Source: Nostoc sp.
GTDB taxonomy: Bacteria > Cyanobacteriota > Cyanobacteriia > Cyanobacteriales > Nostocaceae
NCBI GenBank assembly: GCA_036918135.1
Contig: JBALDB010000006.1
Location: 64,001-128,000, forward strand
DNA: 64,000 nt
Direction of reading: 5' to 3'
Part shown: piece after piece, positions 1 through 8,759 of the stretch
How positions within the stretch are numbered: the first letter of the stretch is position 1
Layout of the letters: each line of letters opens with the position of its first letter
Notes under the pieces: model-generated
What the model was told of the DNA's origin: nothing
The model's input: only the letters and a program-made list of their open reading frames with translations
The model's database searches: none
Program-made: the position numbers and the translations under genes

Positions 1-876
1 AGCTTCTTGCTGAATTTCTGTTAAGTTATTCTGCCGTCGCAAAACGCTTTGCAAATAACCATGTACAATCGTCAAAGGTGTACGTAACTCGTGAGAAACG
101 TTACTCACAAATTCTCGCTCTTGCTCCCAAGATTGCCAGAGACGCGATAGTAGCATGGTTAAAGTTTGAGCTAATTCTTTGACTTCACTAGGTGCATTAT
201 CAACATATAGTTGTGCTTGTCCTAAATCTTTTACAGAAATTACAGAAGTCATTTGACTTAGTTGACGTAGCGGTTGTAGAGAACGTCTAATATAAAATGT
301 CATTATAGCTATCGTCAAAATAATTGCCGAAATACTAGCAATATTCAAACTCTGCACCATCGCCATAAACATAGTTTGTTCGCGAGTAATATCTTGTGCT
401 ACAAAGAGCTTACCTAGTAACTTACCTTGCACTTGCAAAGAACTACTACTTAAAACGAAGTAGCTTTGATTAACTTTGTAAATTTTTGCTTTAATCTGCA
501 TATTACTCACAGACATCAACTGAGTCATTGTAGAATTAGATAATAAATTTAAAGTTATAGATTTTACCAGTATTTTATTATCATCACTTTTTACCCATAA
601 TAATATTTTGGTGTTTCCTAAGTTATTAACAGCCTTTTGCAAACCAGTTTCAGGTTGCATCATTTCACTATAAATTTCTACATCATGGGGTAAGCGTTGA
701 GCGATTTGTTCTATATTCTGTTTATGACTATCAATTAAAAATTGCTGCATTTTCCAACGAGTCCATGCAGCGAAACTACCTAATATTAAAGCTGAAAACG
801 TAGCAATACCAACTGTTATACGTAATTGCAATGAGAATGGATCGAGATATATCCAAGTTTTTTTGGTTTGATTCAC
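1..876 (-). CDS. Membrane sensor histidine kinase (HAMP-HisKA), 5' part; runs off the window edge
   Basis: Not in the ORF track. Manual translation from GTG at 876 gives MNQTKKTWIYLDPFSLQLRITVGIA..., and the H-box EREFVSNVSHELRTPLTIVHGYL lies near positions 50-120 in the same frame. Confidence 0.85.
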   Translation of the reverse strand, partial: MNQTKKTWIYLDPFSLQLRITVGIATFSALILGSFAAWTRWKMQQFLIDSHKQNIEQIAQRLPHDVEIYSEMMQPETGLQKAVNNLGNTKILLWVKSDDNKILVKSITLNLLSNSTMTQLMSVSNMQIKAKIYKVNQSYFVLSSSSLQVQGKLLGKLFVAQDITREQTMFMAMVQSLNIASISAIILTIAIMTFYIRRSLQPLRQLSQMTSVISVKDLGQAQLYVDNAPSEVKELAQTLTMLLSRLWQSWEQEREFVSNVSHELRTPLTIVHGYLQSVLRRQNNLTEIQQEA

Positions 877-1101
877 TATTTGAGTTTGAGTTGATAAAAA
901 GATGTTTATTTCTATATTATTATTGATTTTAGGGTAAATAAAATGGCTAAATAGTACAGGATTTTATATCACATTTTTGTTCGTCAAGTATCTTGATATC
1001 GGGTTCCTGTTAAGTAAGAGGAACTTCTAACAGCGCCACTGAAGCGTATTTTAAATAATATATTATTAATTGAATTGAACATTTCAGCATTTCTTCGGCT
1101 T

Positions 1102-1244
1102 TAGAGGATATTTAAAAATTTTACAAAGGTATGATTTATCACTCTGATGAGAAGAAAGCTGAACGAAAAACTGAGGATTTTAGTGATTGTTCTGAGATGT
1201 TTCACTAGGCTGTGCTACCAGCATAACTTTTCAAACACCTCTTA
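1102..1244. mobile_element. Degenerate MITE-like element
   Basis: Imperfect inverted ends TAGAGGATATTTAAAAA / ACTTTTCAAACACCTCTTA. A similarly decayed element lies at about 53598-53754. Confidence 0.45.
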
Positions 1245-1393
1245 GAGTAGGAAAAACTTTTACGATCTAGACGAGCAAGATAATGCCCGCCGAAGGCTTC
1301 GCAAAAGTTTTCAGTCTACTAGCAGTAATTTTCAACTGTGAACGGACACAATCAATACAATAAATGAATTTAAGAGTTTAAATAAAAATGCAT

Positions 1394-1499
1394 TAAGTAG
1401 GTGGACATAATTAAATGTAAAATGCCAATCTGTGAAACCCTTTCATAAACTGGCTTTTTCCTTCTGCCTTCTGCCTTCTGCCTCCTGCCTTCTTACTTA
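1394..1499. repeat. TAAGTAG-ended small element containing (CTGCCTT)n heptamers
   Basis: Starts TAAGTAGGT and ends TTACTTA; heptamer run at 1459-1493. Same end type as the element at 48234-48339. Confidence 0.5.
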
Positions 1500-2213
1500 C
1501 AGCCCTGCAAACCACTCATAGCCTTGATCTTCCCAGTAACCCTTAGTAGGCAACAAATTGCTGAGGAATGTAATCTGAGTTACCCACTTACTTTGCTTGT
1601 AGCCCAGTTTAATTGGTGATGCTAGACGGATGGGCGCACCATTTTCAATTGATAATGGTTGTCTATTTTTTTGATAAGCCATAAGGGTTTGGGGATGTAT
1701 AGCAGAGGCTATGTCCCAGCTTTCATAGTAGCCATCCGCAGATTTGAAGTAGACGTAACGGACGCTTGACTTAGGCTGTACCAGCGTAACTAAGTCTCGT
1801 AATCGCACACCTCCCCATTGGACAATCGCAGCCCAGCCTTCAACACATACATGACGAATTACCATTGAAGTCAAGGGAAGTTTTTGAATATCCGCCATGC
1901 TCAACTGCATCTGGTTATTAACCTCACCATTTATCGTCAGGCGAAACTGTGTTGGATCGATTTGCGGCGTGGAGTCGAAGGAGTTAATCAACAACTTATC
2001 CGGCTCAATGGCACTTACAGGAAATTCAGGTACAGGCTTTTGAGTTAGTAAAAGTGTTTCAAAACTTTGATTCAGTGGCTCAAATATTTGCCCCACATTA
2101 TCTGAGAATAAATTCGATCCACAGCCTCCAAGCAGGAAGCCTAACCCCGAAAGTCCAGATAATTGCAGTAACTGGCGACGGGATATGGTGCGTTTGGGAA
2201 GAATCAGACTCAT
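1497..2213 (-). CDS. Molybdopterin-dependent oxidoreductase, sulfite-oxidase/MsrP(YedY)-like, Tat-exported lipoprotein
   Basis: SRRQLL Tat motif, LGGC lipobox, Mo-ligand HVCVEGW, NGAPIRL, KLGYKQSKWV, GYWEDQGY. Start chosen at MSLILPK. Confidence 0.85.
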   Translation of the reverse strand: MSLILPKRTISRRQLLQLSGLSGLGFLLGGCGSNLFSDNVGQIFEPLNQSFETLLLTQKPVPEFPVSAIEPDKLLINSFDSTPQIDPTQFRLTINGEVNNQMQLSMADIQKLPLTSMVIRHVCVEGWAAIVQWGGVRLRDLVTLVQPKSSVRYVYFKSADGYYESWDIASAIHPQTLMAYQKNRQPLSIENGAPIRLASPIKLGYKQSKWVTQITFLSNLLPTKGYWEDQGYEWFAGL

Positions 2214-2220
2214 AAGACCT

Positions 2221-2817
2221 CTACACAAACATAGACTTAATTAGACGGAGACTTCCCACCTTGAGGGCGAGTAAGGAATGAGCAATTGTAAACAATATGA
2301 CTGTAGGAACAGTAATAAAGTGAACAGTACGTAGAGTCTGCCAGCTACCAAACAGAGAGGAAAGCCAATGAAGTTGGACAGGCTTGTACATGGCAAGTCC
2401 ACTTAAGATTGCCAATAACAGAACTGGAATGATACTAGTGTAAACTAGCCGATGCCATGCGTAGTTTTTGCGCTTTGCATTCTGGCTGACTCGCAATGCT
2501 TTGAGGTCACCAGTATCAGCAAACCGACGCTGCCAACGACGAGTGACTAAAATATAGAGTCCATACCAGAGCAAGTTCAGTGAAAAGAACCACATAGCAG
2601 CAAAATGCCACTTTCTACCACCGGCTAGCCAACCTCCCAATAACAGAAAGTCGGGAAAAGACCAACCGCCACGCCCACCAAACACCGGATTGGCGTTGTA
2701 GATTTGCAAGCCGCTAGAAATCATCAGGATGAGGCTGATGATATTGACAGAGTGAAAAGTTTTTGAAAGGAAAGTCTGATGTGGTACTGAGCGGACTTTG
2801 CGTTGAGATGAAGTCAT
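2221..2817 (-). CDS. Cytochrome b/b6-domain membrane subunit, partner of the molybdoenzyme
   Basis: Four hydrophobic segments with His residues (FHSVN, WHFAAMW, VHF...AH) and SGLQIYNANP motif. Likely start MTSSQRK at 2817; the longer ORF overlaps the upstream gene. Confidence 0.8.
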   Translation of the reverse strand: MTSSQRKVRSVPHQTFLSKTFHSVNIISLILMISSGLQIYNANPVFGGRGGWSFPDFLLLGGWLAGGRKWHFAAMWFFSLNLLWYGLYILVTRRWQRRFADTGDLKALRVSQNAKRKNYAWHRLVYTSIIPVLLLAILSGLAMYKPVQLHWLSSLFGSWQTLRTVHFITVPTVILFTIAHSLLALKVGSLRLIKSMFV

Positions 2818-2824
2818 GGCTATT

Positions 2825-3517
2825 TCACATTGGTAGAGTTGGAAAGAATGGAGCCAGCCAAAGTTGCACTTGGACATCCCAACCCAGCACAATGGCAATT
2901 GCTGTCGCCACGATCGCCACACCACCCAGCTGTTGCAATACTGCACTATGGCTTCGGAGGTTGAGTAATCTTTGGCTGATGACTCGCCCACCATAGGCGA
3001 TCGCCAGCAGTGGTATCCCTGCTCCGACTCCATAAGCCACTAGTAGCCCAAATGCACCTGCGACTTGATGGTTGACTGCTGCTAATACGAGGATTCCTCC
3101 CAAGACAGGCCCAGCACAAGGAGTCCACAATAGCCCCAACTGAGTTCCTAGCCAGAACTCTCCTAGAAGTCCTACTCGCACAGGTTTTTTTGTCCACTTG
3201 CCAACGGGAATGTAGCTAAACAGTCGGTAACTCCAATTAGGGAAAATTGCTAACGTTCCCAAGAATAAAAGGAGTGCGATCGCTAAATTACGCAAAAAAT
3301 TAGCCAAGCCTGTAAACCAGGCTGCTGTAACCCCCAATAAACTACCTGCCAGTGCAAACCCAGCGACTAATCCCCCTACCAGTGCTACTGCGCCGTAAGT
3401 ATGAGATTGGAGCGATCTGCCCAACAGTACGGGCAAAATCGGTAACACACAAGGGGAAAGCACATTCAAAACTCCACCCAAGAAAGCAAGACCGATTGAT
3501 AAAGTAGAAGTTGCCAT
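2825..3517 (-). CDS. ccdA: CcdA/DsbD-type transmembrane electron transporter
   Basis: LSPCVLP and WTPCAGP Cys motifs in an approximately 6-TM protein. Confidence 0.85.
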   Translation of the reverse strand: MATSTLSIGLAFLGGVLNVLSPCVLPILPVLLGRSLQSHTYGAVALVGGLVAGFALAGSLLGVTAAWFTGLANFLRNLAIALLLFLGTLAIFPNWSYRLFSYIPVGKWTKKPVRVGLLGEFWLGTQLGLLWTPCAGPVLGGILVLAAVNHQVAGAFGLLVAYGVGAGIPLLAIAYGGRVISQRLLNLRSHSAVLQQLGGVAIVATAIAIVLGWDVQVQLWLAPFFPTLPM

Positions 3518-3526
3518 AAATTTCCT

Positions 3527-4135
3527 CTACCCTAATAGCTGGCGGATAGTCTGCTCTGTTTTTTCGTATGCCCCTTCGCCAACATGGTCATACCGCAGCG
3601 CTCCCTGAGGATCGGCTAGAAATAGATGAGGCCAGTACCCATTCTCGTAAGCATTCCAGGTTTTGTACTCATTATCAACCGGAACTGGATAAGTAATTTG
3701 ATGTTGCCCTAGAGCCTTTTTTATATTGTTTGCATCTCGCTCAAAGGCAAATTCCGGCGTGTGGATGCCAATCACCTTTAGCCCGTGCGCCTCATACTGC
3801 CGATGCCATTTAGTGATGTAGGGTAAGGTGCGCTGGCAGTTGATACAAGCGAAAGTCCAAAACTGTATCAGGACAACGCTGCCTTTGAGGTCAGCAATTG
3901 ATAAAGGAGTAGAATTAAACCACTGACTGATACCCTGAAACTCTGGCAGATTCTTGCCCGGTGGGGGTAGCACTACTACCGAGTCAGAGGCTTGCGTCTG
4001 ACTGGGATTTGCAGCAAAGGGAGAAGGGGGATTCACTTTTCTTATGTTGGAAAAAGCTGTTGTGGCTGCACCGATTCCGACAATCCCTAATCCAAAGTAA
4101 AGTAACTGACGCCGTCGGAGATGGCTGTGATTCAT
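3527..4135 (-). CDS. Exported thioredoxin-like redoxin (DipZ/TlpA-like)
   Basis: RRRQLL Tat-like signal; FWTFACINC, GIHTPEF and YWPH motifs. Confidence 0.85.
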   Translation of the reverse strand: MNHSHLRRRQLLYFGLGIVGIGAATTAFSNIRKVNPPSPFAANPSQTQASDSVVVLPPPGKNLPEFQGISQWFNSTPLSIADLKGSVVLIQFWTFACINCQRTLPYITKWHRQYEAHGLKVIGIHTPEFAFERDANNIKKALGQHQITYPVPVDNEYKTWNAYENGYWPHLFLADPQGALRYDHVGEGAYEKTEQTIRQLLG

Positions 4136-4252
4136 GAGAATTTTCCTGTTGAAGTCAAAGCGCCAAAGCTTAAGAACTAGGAATGAGGATTTTCCTAGTA
4201 CCCAATCCCTAGTACTTAGTTAAAGAAAGGAAATGTGCCAAACAAGTAGCAG

Positions 4253-4552
4253 CTAGGGATTGCTGGGAGCGGGCGATTGCTTCATGGCATCGCCTGCTTT
4301 ATCTTTGCTCATGTTGTCATGGCTCATGGCATCGCCTGCTTTATCTTTGCTCATGTTGTCATGGCTCATGGCACCGCCTGCTTTATCTTTGCCCATGTTG
4401 TCATGGCTCATGGCATCGCCTGCTTTATCTTTGCTCATTGCAGGAGAGGCATCGGGAGAAATCTGATTGTTGCTTGCAGGACTGCTAGAGCAGGCGGTGA
4501 GGCTAATAGTTAAGCCCAAACTAGCAATTAGACAAAGTGCTTTCCAGTTCAT
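4253..4552 (-). CDS. Met-rich repeat lipoprotein (MXKDX-repeat-like)
   Basis: LTAC lipobox followed by about 4 copies of MSKDKAGDAMSHDN. Confidence 0.8.
   Translation of the reverse strand: MNWKALCLIASLGLTISLTACSSSPASNNQISPDASPAMSKDKAGDAMSHDNMGKDKAGGAMSHDNMSKDKAGDAMSHDNMSKDKAGDAMKQSPAPSNP
4283..4438. repeat. 42-bp coding tandem repeat, about 3.7 copies
   Basis: Unit CATGGCATCGCCTGCTTTATCTTTGCTCATGTTGTCATGGCT repeated with few substitutions. Confidence 0.95.
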
Positions 4553-4784
4553 AATCTTCTTTCGTCCTTTGGATATTTGTATTGATTAAGAGGAAATTAG
4601 TTATAGGCAGATTGAGCAAGGATTTTAGACTCAATCAGACTGGGTACAACTGCGATCGCCCTTACATCTGCATTGTGGTCAAATAACACCATCGGTTTTA
4701 ACACAACTTTGAATAACAGCAATCAAGATTGTCACTCCTTTGGAATCTCTTTGCAGCCGACAACATCCAAAGTATCTCACTTGG

Positions 4785-4802
4785 GTCTGAAGAGCGTCTG
4801 AA
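4785..4802 (-). promoter_or_regulatory. Direct repeat TTCAGAC-N4-TTCAGAC, candidate OmpR-family regulator box
   Basis: GTCTGAA at 4785 and 4796 (11-bp period) upstream of the minus-strand operon. Confidence 0.5.
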
Positions 4803-5000
4803 ACTAAGGCATGATTTTGATGAATTTTTCACTTGAGAAAATTTAGTTTATTCTCAGTATTTTCTCAGGGAATTATGGTAAATCAAGGTTACCTGACTTT
4901 TTATGGGATGTGAAAAGGGGAGATTGGTTCGCGTGTGTAATGACCTTGTTGACCCTTTTTTATTTCTTTATGATAAATTACGGTTAAGAGCCTACGCAAA

Positions 5001-5138
5001 TACAGCAGTTTGCAACTAAATAAGGTACACAGACAAGGATTCACAAATCAAATTATTTCTCTCCCTTCTGCCTTCTGCCTTCTGCTTCCTGCCTCAAAAT
5101 CAGTGACTTTGTACCTCATGCAAAAGAAAACTGCTGTA
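5001..5138. mobile_element. MITE-like element with terminal inverted repeats
   Basis: TACAGCAGTTT...AAACTGCTGTA ends, inner AGGTACA/TGTACCT, internal CTGCCTT heptamers. Confidence 0.7.
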
Positions 5139-5166
5139 ATTTCAGATATCCAACCGGATTCCTATA

Positions 5167-5583
5167 TTAAGATATTCCTGGCTCAATGCGTGCCCCAAGC
5201 TGAAGAATTCGTCCGAGGTCATCAGCGTTTCGCCAGGTTTCAATTATCTTTCCATCAGCAATGCAATGAATGAATGTAGCCGTGAATGTCTGTTGTCGCC
5301 CATGACTAGGTATGCCAAAAAAACTATCTTGGATGCAGCTATTGGTTGCACGCACCACAACTTTATCACCTTCTGCAATTACGTCTTCAATTGTCCATTT
5401 TTGTTCGATAGGCCCGAATGAATTAAACAGTTTGCGTACTCCTTCTGGACCAAGAGGAAGACCTGGTAAACTACCGTGCATCTTCCAAGTAGGGGCGGTT
5501 ATCTCGCAGATATCTTCAATTTTATGTTCGCTAATAAGTTCGATCCAACGTCGAGCAATTATTTTGTTATCCTCAATTGACAT
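5167..5583 (-). CDS. SnoaL-like/ester cyclase (NTF2-fold) protein
   Basis: MSIEDNKIIARRW start; IEDVIAEGDKVVVR, FFGIP, DGKIIETW and DDLGRILQLG motifs. Confidence 0.85.
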   Translation of the reverse strand: MSIEDNKIIARRWIELISEHKIEDICEITAPTWKMHGSLPGLPLGPEGVRKLFNSFGPIEQKWTIEDVIAEGDKVVVRATNSCIQDSFFGIPSHGRQQTFTATFIHCIADGKIIETWRNADDLGRILQLGARIEPGIS

Positions 5584-5654
5584 CGCTGCTCCTCCTCTAC
5601 TAAGTAATGTCGCTGATGAAGGTGAAATCTGCTGTAATTACGAATGACGAATTA

Positions 5655-6542
5655 CTAATTATAAGTTGCTTGCAAACGTTGTAAAAGATATTCTCCTGCT
5701 AAGATTGGGGGATAAGTCGGCGATTTTCCGATTTGGCAACTCTCCAAACAAGCAATTTCTACATCATCATTAGGATGACAGAAAAAAGCAATAGAATAGC
5801 GAGACTGCTTAACTCTGTTGTCATTGGGAATCATTACCCGATGCTTAGTCGAACAAAATACATGATTTGTCCACCTCTGCATTAAATCGCCAGTATTAAC
5901 TATAACAGTATCAGGAATTGCAGCCGCTCCAATCCATTCTCCTGCTGTTGTTCGGACTTCCAACCCGCCGATATCATCTTGGAAAAGTAAAGTAATACTG
6001 CCATAATCGGAATGTTCGCCAGCACGCACTTGTCCGGGTTTGGGTGGTGTTTGTAATGGGGGATAGTGGAGCGCTCGCAAGGTATGATTGTGGCGATTGT
6101 GTCTGGTAGTAAAAAAATCTTCTGGCAATTCCAGCGTCAAAGCAAATGTTTGTAATACCGTGTTAGCTAGTTGTGTACAACTATGATAGAAGACAACAAT
6201 AGAAGCATCTATCACCACAGCACCTTGTTTGCTGACATTAAACGCCTCTTTCAAATCACCTGGTTGATTCGGGGCAAGACGTTCTCTTTCAATCCCAACA
6301 TACCCTGTATTACTCAATTCATCACTCCAAGCTTGCTTTTGCTTCACTTCCAAAGGTAAATTAAAAAAAGATTTGCTGTAAGTGAATACTTGCTCTATTA
6401 ACTCTTTTGATATTCCCGAATTTTGCAAGTACATGAAACCGATTTCATGACAACCTTGATAAATTTCTTTCACCACAGCTTGCCGATTTCTTGCATTGCC
6501 ATGAGTGAAAGCAGTTAAATCAATTACTGGAATTGTAACCAT
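5655..6542 (-). CDS. 2-oxoglutarate/Fe(II) dioxygenase, isopenicillin-N-synthase family
   Basis: IPVIDL, HSDYGSITLL (HxD), distal H in STKHRV, RYS motif. Confidence 0.9.
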   Translation of the reverse strand: MVTIPVIDLTAFTHGNARNRQAVVKEIYQGCHEIGFMYLQNSGISKELIEQVFTYSKSFFNLPLEVKQKQAWSDELSNTGYVGIERERLAPNQPGDLKEAFNVSKQGAVVIDASIVVFYHSCTQLANTVLQTFALTLELPEDFFTTRHNRHNHTLRALHYPPLQTPPKPGQVRAGEHSDYGSITLLFQDDIGGLEVRTTAGEWIGAAAIPDTVIVNTGDLMQRWTNHVFCSTKHRVMIPNDNRVKQSRYSIAFFCHPNDDVEIACLESCQIGKSPTYPPILAGEYLLQRLQATYN

Positions 6543-6637
6543 TGATTATTCAAGATATAGTTAACAATTTAGTAGGGTGTGTTATACCGTAGGCTAATGC
6601 ACCGTAAATTTAGCTTGATTTATCGGAGGCATAAACT

Positions 6638-7147
6638 TTGCTCAAAATTATACTCGTAGAAAATGAAGAACATAAGAATTATATAAAAAACCTGTTCTTC
6701 GACTATTTTCATAAAACTAAGTTAATCTTTAGCCGTGAATATAACATTAATATAGATATTAATACATTCTCAGAGCAATATCTTACTCAACTCGATGAAT
6801 TTTTAGCACCTTCAGGACGCTTGCTTTTAGGACAATACGAAGAACAAATAGCTGGCTGTGCTTGCTTACGAAAGATTAACCAAGATATTGGCGAAATTAA
6901 AAGGATGTATGTCAAACCAGAATTTCGTAGAAAAGGAATAGGTCGAGCATTATTACAAGCTATCATCAATGAAGCTATTGATATTGGTTACTCCAAACTT
7001 CGCTTAGACACTGCGCCTTATGCTAAGGAAGCACATACACTTTATCGTGTATTTGGTTTTCAGAATATCGAGCCATATTTAGAAAAAACAGAGATTCCGT
7101 TAGAATATCGAGCAAACTGGATTTTTATGGAATTGATTCTAAAATAA
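6638..7147 (+). CDS. GNAT N-acetyltransferase
   Basis: EIKRMYVKPEFRRKGIGRALL acetyl-CoA motif; GGAGG upstream of the TTG start. Confidence 0.85.
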   Translation: MLKIILVENEEHKNYIKNLFFDYFHKTKLIFSREYNINIDINTFSEQYLTQLDEFLAPSGRLLLGQYEEQIAGCACLRKINQDIGEIKRMYVKPEFRRKGIGRALLQAIINEAIDIGYSKLRLDTAPYAKEAHTLYRVFGFQNIEPYLEKTEIPLEYRANWIFMELILK

Positions 7148-7653
7148 TGAATATTCGTTGCGAAACTTCGATAGACTACCCAGCTATAGCCCAGGTGAAT
7201 ACATTAGCTTTTAGTCAAGATAACGAAGCAAAACTTATCGATAAAATTCGCTATTCTGACCACTATATTCCAGAACTTTCTCTAGTTGCAGAAATTGAGG
7301 GTGCTATAGTCGGTCACATTTTATTTAGCTATATTGATTTAGTAGACGAACAAACATTACAAGTTCTTGGTTTAGCACCTTTGGCAATTCACCCACAGTT
7401 TCAAAGACAAGGAATTGGTAGTGCATTAATCAAAGCAGGCTTAGAAATAGCCGAAGCCAAGAAAGAAGCCATTGTGATTGTACTAGGTCATCCAGAATTT
7501 TATACTCGCTTTGGCTTTCAACCTTCTGTTATTTATGGAATTGAATCTCCCTTTCCAGTACCAGAACAATTCTTCATGGCTAAACCACTGCAAAGTTATC
7601 AAGAAAGTTACAAAGGAAGAGTTATTTATCCGCCTGCTTTTGATGGAGTGTAA
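7147..7653 (+). CDS. GNAT N-acetyltransferase (YhbS-like)
   Basis: LAPLAIHPQFQRQGIGSALI and VLGHPEFYTRFGF. Confidence 0.9.
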   Translation: MNIRCETSIDYPAIAQVNTLAFSQDNEAKLIDKIRYSDHYIPELSLVAEIEGAIVGHILFSYIDLVDEQTLQVLGLAPLAIHPQFQRQGIGSALIKAGLEIAEAKKEAIVIVLGHPEFYTRFGFQPSVIYGIESPFPVPEQFFMAKPLQSYQESYKGRVIYPPAFDGV

Positions 7654-7913
7654 TATTAATTCGTAATTCGTAATGGGCTACACCCCACTACACTAATGTA
7701 AAATGAATTTATTAAATATAATTTTAGTTTTACTTATATAATAACAAATATTTGTAACTAAAATATCATATTTATGCATCCTACTAGTATGGTACAGCTA
7801 AAATAGTAGAATAGAAAAATTGGATTATGTTTTTTAACTTGAATTTTTCAGAGATTTTTAATACAATATTTTAACCTTGATGCGCTACTACTAAAAATTT
7901 ATGTTTTTACTAT

Positions 7914-8597
7914 CTAAATAGATAATTTTTCAACAAATATTTGATGTTCTGGTGTAGATGATCCCTCTTGTAAAATAGTTAAGACTTTAGCTAAATCTCC
8001 TGATAATAAAGCTGCCTTATCTAACCATAATCCTGGAAATACTTGAGAGCATGTTATATCATCAGCATTGGAATCAAGTTTAATATATTCTCCTTCATTT
8101 AACATAAACCAATCAAATTGATGATCGTAAACTCGCCAAACTAAATATTCTTGTACTTCATTACGACGATAAACTTTGAGCTGTTCATGCAAATCATAGG
8201 AAGCACTAGAAGCAGCAATTTCTACAATCAATTCTGGCGCACCTTCTAAATAATCATCTTGAGTAATTCGGGTTTGCCCACCTTGTTCTATTCTTAATAA
8301 AGCATCTGGTTGCGGTTCATTATCAGCATCTAATAAAACAGTAGTATTATCTGCAAAACCTACACCTGGTGTTGCTGCTTTGTAAGTTCCAAGCCAAGCC
8401 ACGATGTAGGCGTGGGGTTCTCCATGACTTTTGATTCTCATTGGGGATGTCACGTAAACAACTCCTTCAATCAATTCTGCTTTTTTTAGATTTGGCATGG
8501 CATGGTAACGTCGCTCAAATTCAGCACGGGTGAGTTTGTCGCCATTTTCTAAAGGCGGAATTGTCAACAGTTGAGCAGTTGTGTCAGTAGATATCAT
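7914..8597 (-). CDS. Uma2/DUF820 family putative endonuclease
   Basis: LENGDKLTRAEFERRY, ELIEGVVY, EPQPD, PELIVEIA, EYLVW. Start position uncertain. Confidence 0.9.
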   Translation of the reverse strand: MISTDTTAQLLTIPPLENGDKLTRAEFERRYHAMPNLKKAELIEGVVYVTSPMRIKSHGEPHAYIVAWLGTYKAATPGVGFADNTTVLLDADNEPQPDALLRIEQGGQTRITQDDYLEGAPELIVEIAASSASYDLHEQLKVYRRNEVQEYLVWRVYDHQFDWFMLNEGEYIKLDSNADDITCSQVFPGLWLDKAALLSGDLAKVLTILQEGSSTPEHQIFVEKLSI

Positions 8598-8759
8598 AAT
8601 TTTTTGATGATTAATTACTGATATAGTAGAGAACAGGTAATAGGCAATGGCTTGCAAGTCTATTGGTGTCCTTTTTATGTTCAGTTTATACCCTAATCTA
8701 GCTAGGAACTGCTATATTAATAATTTTACTACCAAAAAATTGACTTAAAAACTGATTGA

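Noticed and set aside
1145..1196. TGA motifs at about 12-bp spacing as a regulator site
   Set aside because: They lie inside a decayed MITE-like element and the match is weak.
2818..3033. N-terminal extension of the cytochrome b ORF
   Set aside because: It overlaps ccdA in another frame; ATG 2817 fits the operon spacing.
4283..4438. 42-bp repeats as a CRISPR array
   Set aside because: No unique spacers; the repeats are in-frame coding units and no cas genes are present.
4260..4513. Plus-strand repetitive ORFs 4260-4466 and 4277-4513
   Set aside because: Antisense shadows of the Met-rich lipoprotein repeat.
4597..4737. Possible short leader ORFs before the Met-rich gene
   Set aside because: An RBS-like AAGGAG is present, but the frames are only about 15-31 codons with no recognisable features.
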